Shown here piece by piece: positions 35,025 to 35,050 of a stretch of DNA of 35,050 nt. Positions within the stretch are counted from its first letter, which is position 1; the number at the start of each line of letters is the position of its first letter. Below the pieces are notes generated by a model. The model was not told the DNA's origin, ran no database searches, and saw only the letters and a program-made list of their open reading frames with translations. Source of the stretch: Polyangiaceae bacterium (GTDB lineage Bacteria; Myxococcota_A; Polyangia; Polyangiales; Polyangiaceae); the NCBI GenBank assembly GCA_044222475.1, contig JBGANF010000087.1, positions 1 to 35,050 on the forward strand. The letters run 5' to 3'. A program made the translations under genes and the position numbers.

Positions 35025-35050
35025 TCGGGTGATCCGGAATGGAGCGAGCG

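Overview
High-GC (about 70% by eye), very gene-dense bacterial DNA with 32 complete CDS plus one partial 3' end. The gene content points to Myxococcota, probably Polyangiales/Labilithrix-like (inference): about 15 lipoproteins, many of them Cys-rich, plus FG-GAP, Sel1 and PQQ beta-propeller proteins and a TM-GAF-GAF-GGDEF cyclase. Recognisable enzymes are a WS/DGAT, a DcsG-like ATP-grasp ligase, a UbiD decarboxylase, an RluA/TruC pseudouridine synthase, a SAM methyltransferase, two alpha/beta hydrolases, an atypical MBL-fold protein, a rhomboid protease, tryptophanase (tnaA), a diguanylate cyclase, a diheme cytochrome c next to a PQQ sugar dehydrogenase, and a PAS hybrid kinase. I found no rRNA, tRNA, CRISPR array, transposase or integrase. 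Main signals beyond the annotation: (1) 12 genes have a TANNNT hexamer 6-8 nt before the start codon and no Shine-Dalgarno site, suggesting pervasive leaderless transcription; (2) a REP/REPIN-like (CGCCAGGRG)x3 repeat brackets the last gene with its promoter and forms a hairpin of about 130 nt; (3) a D-[AG]-[GSA] motif recurs across unrelated exported proteins; (4) the cytochrome of the diheme cytochrome/PQQ dehydrogenase/FG-GAP cluster has a CX3CH motif and seems to have lost its signal peptide; (5) an exact 140-bp tandem duplication may be an assembly artefact. All calls come from reading motifs by eye; no database searches were run.
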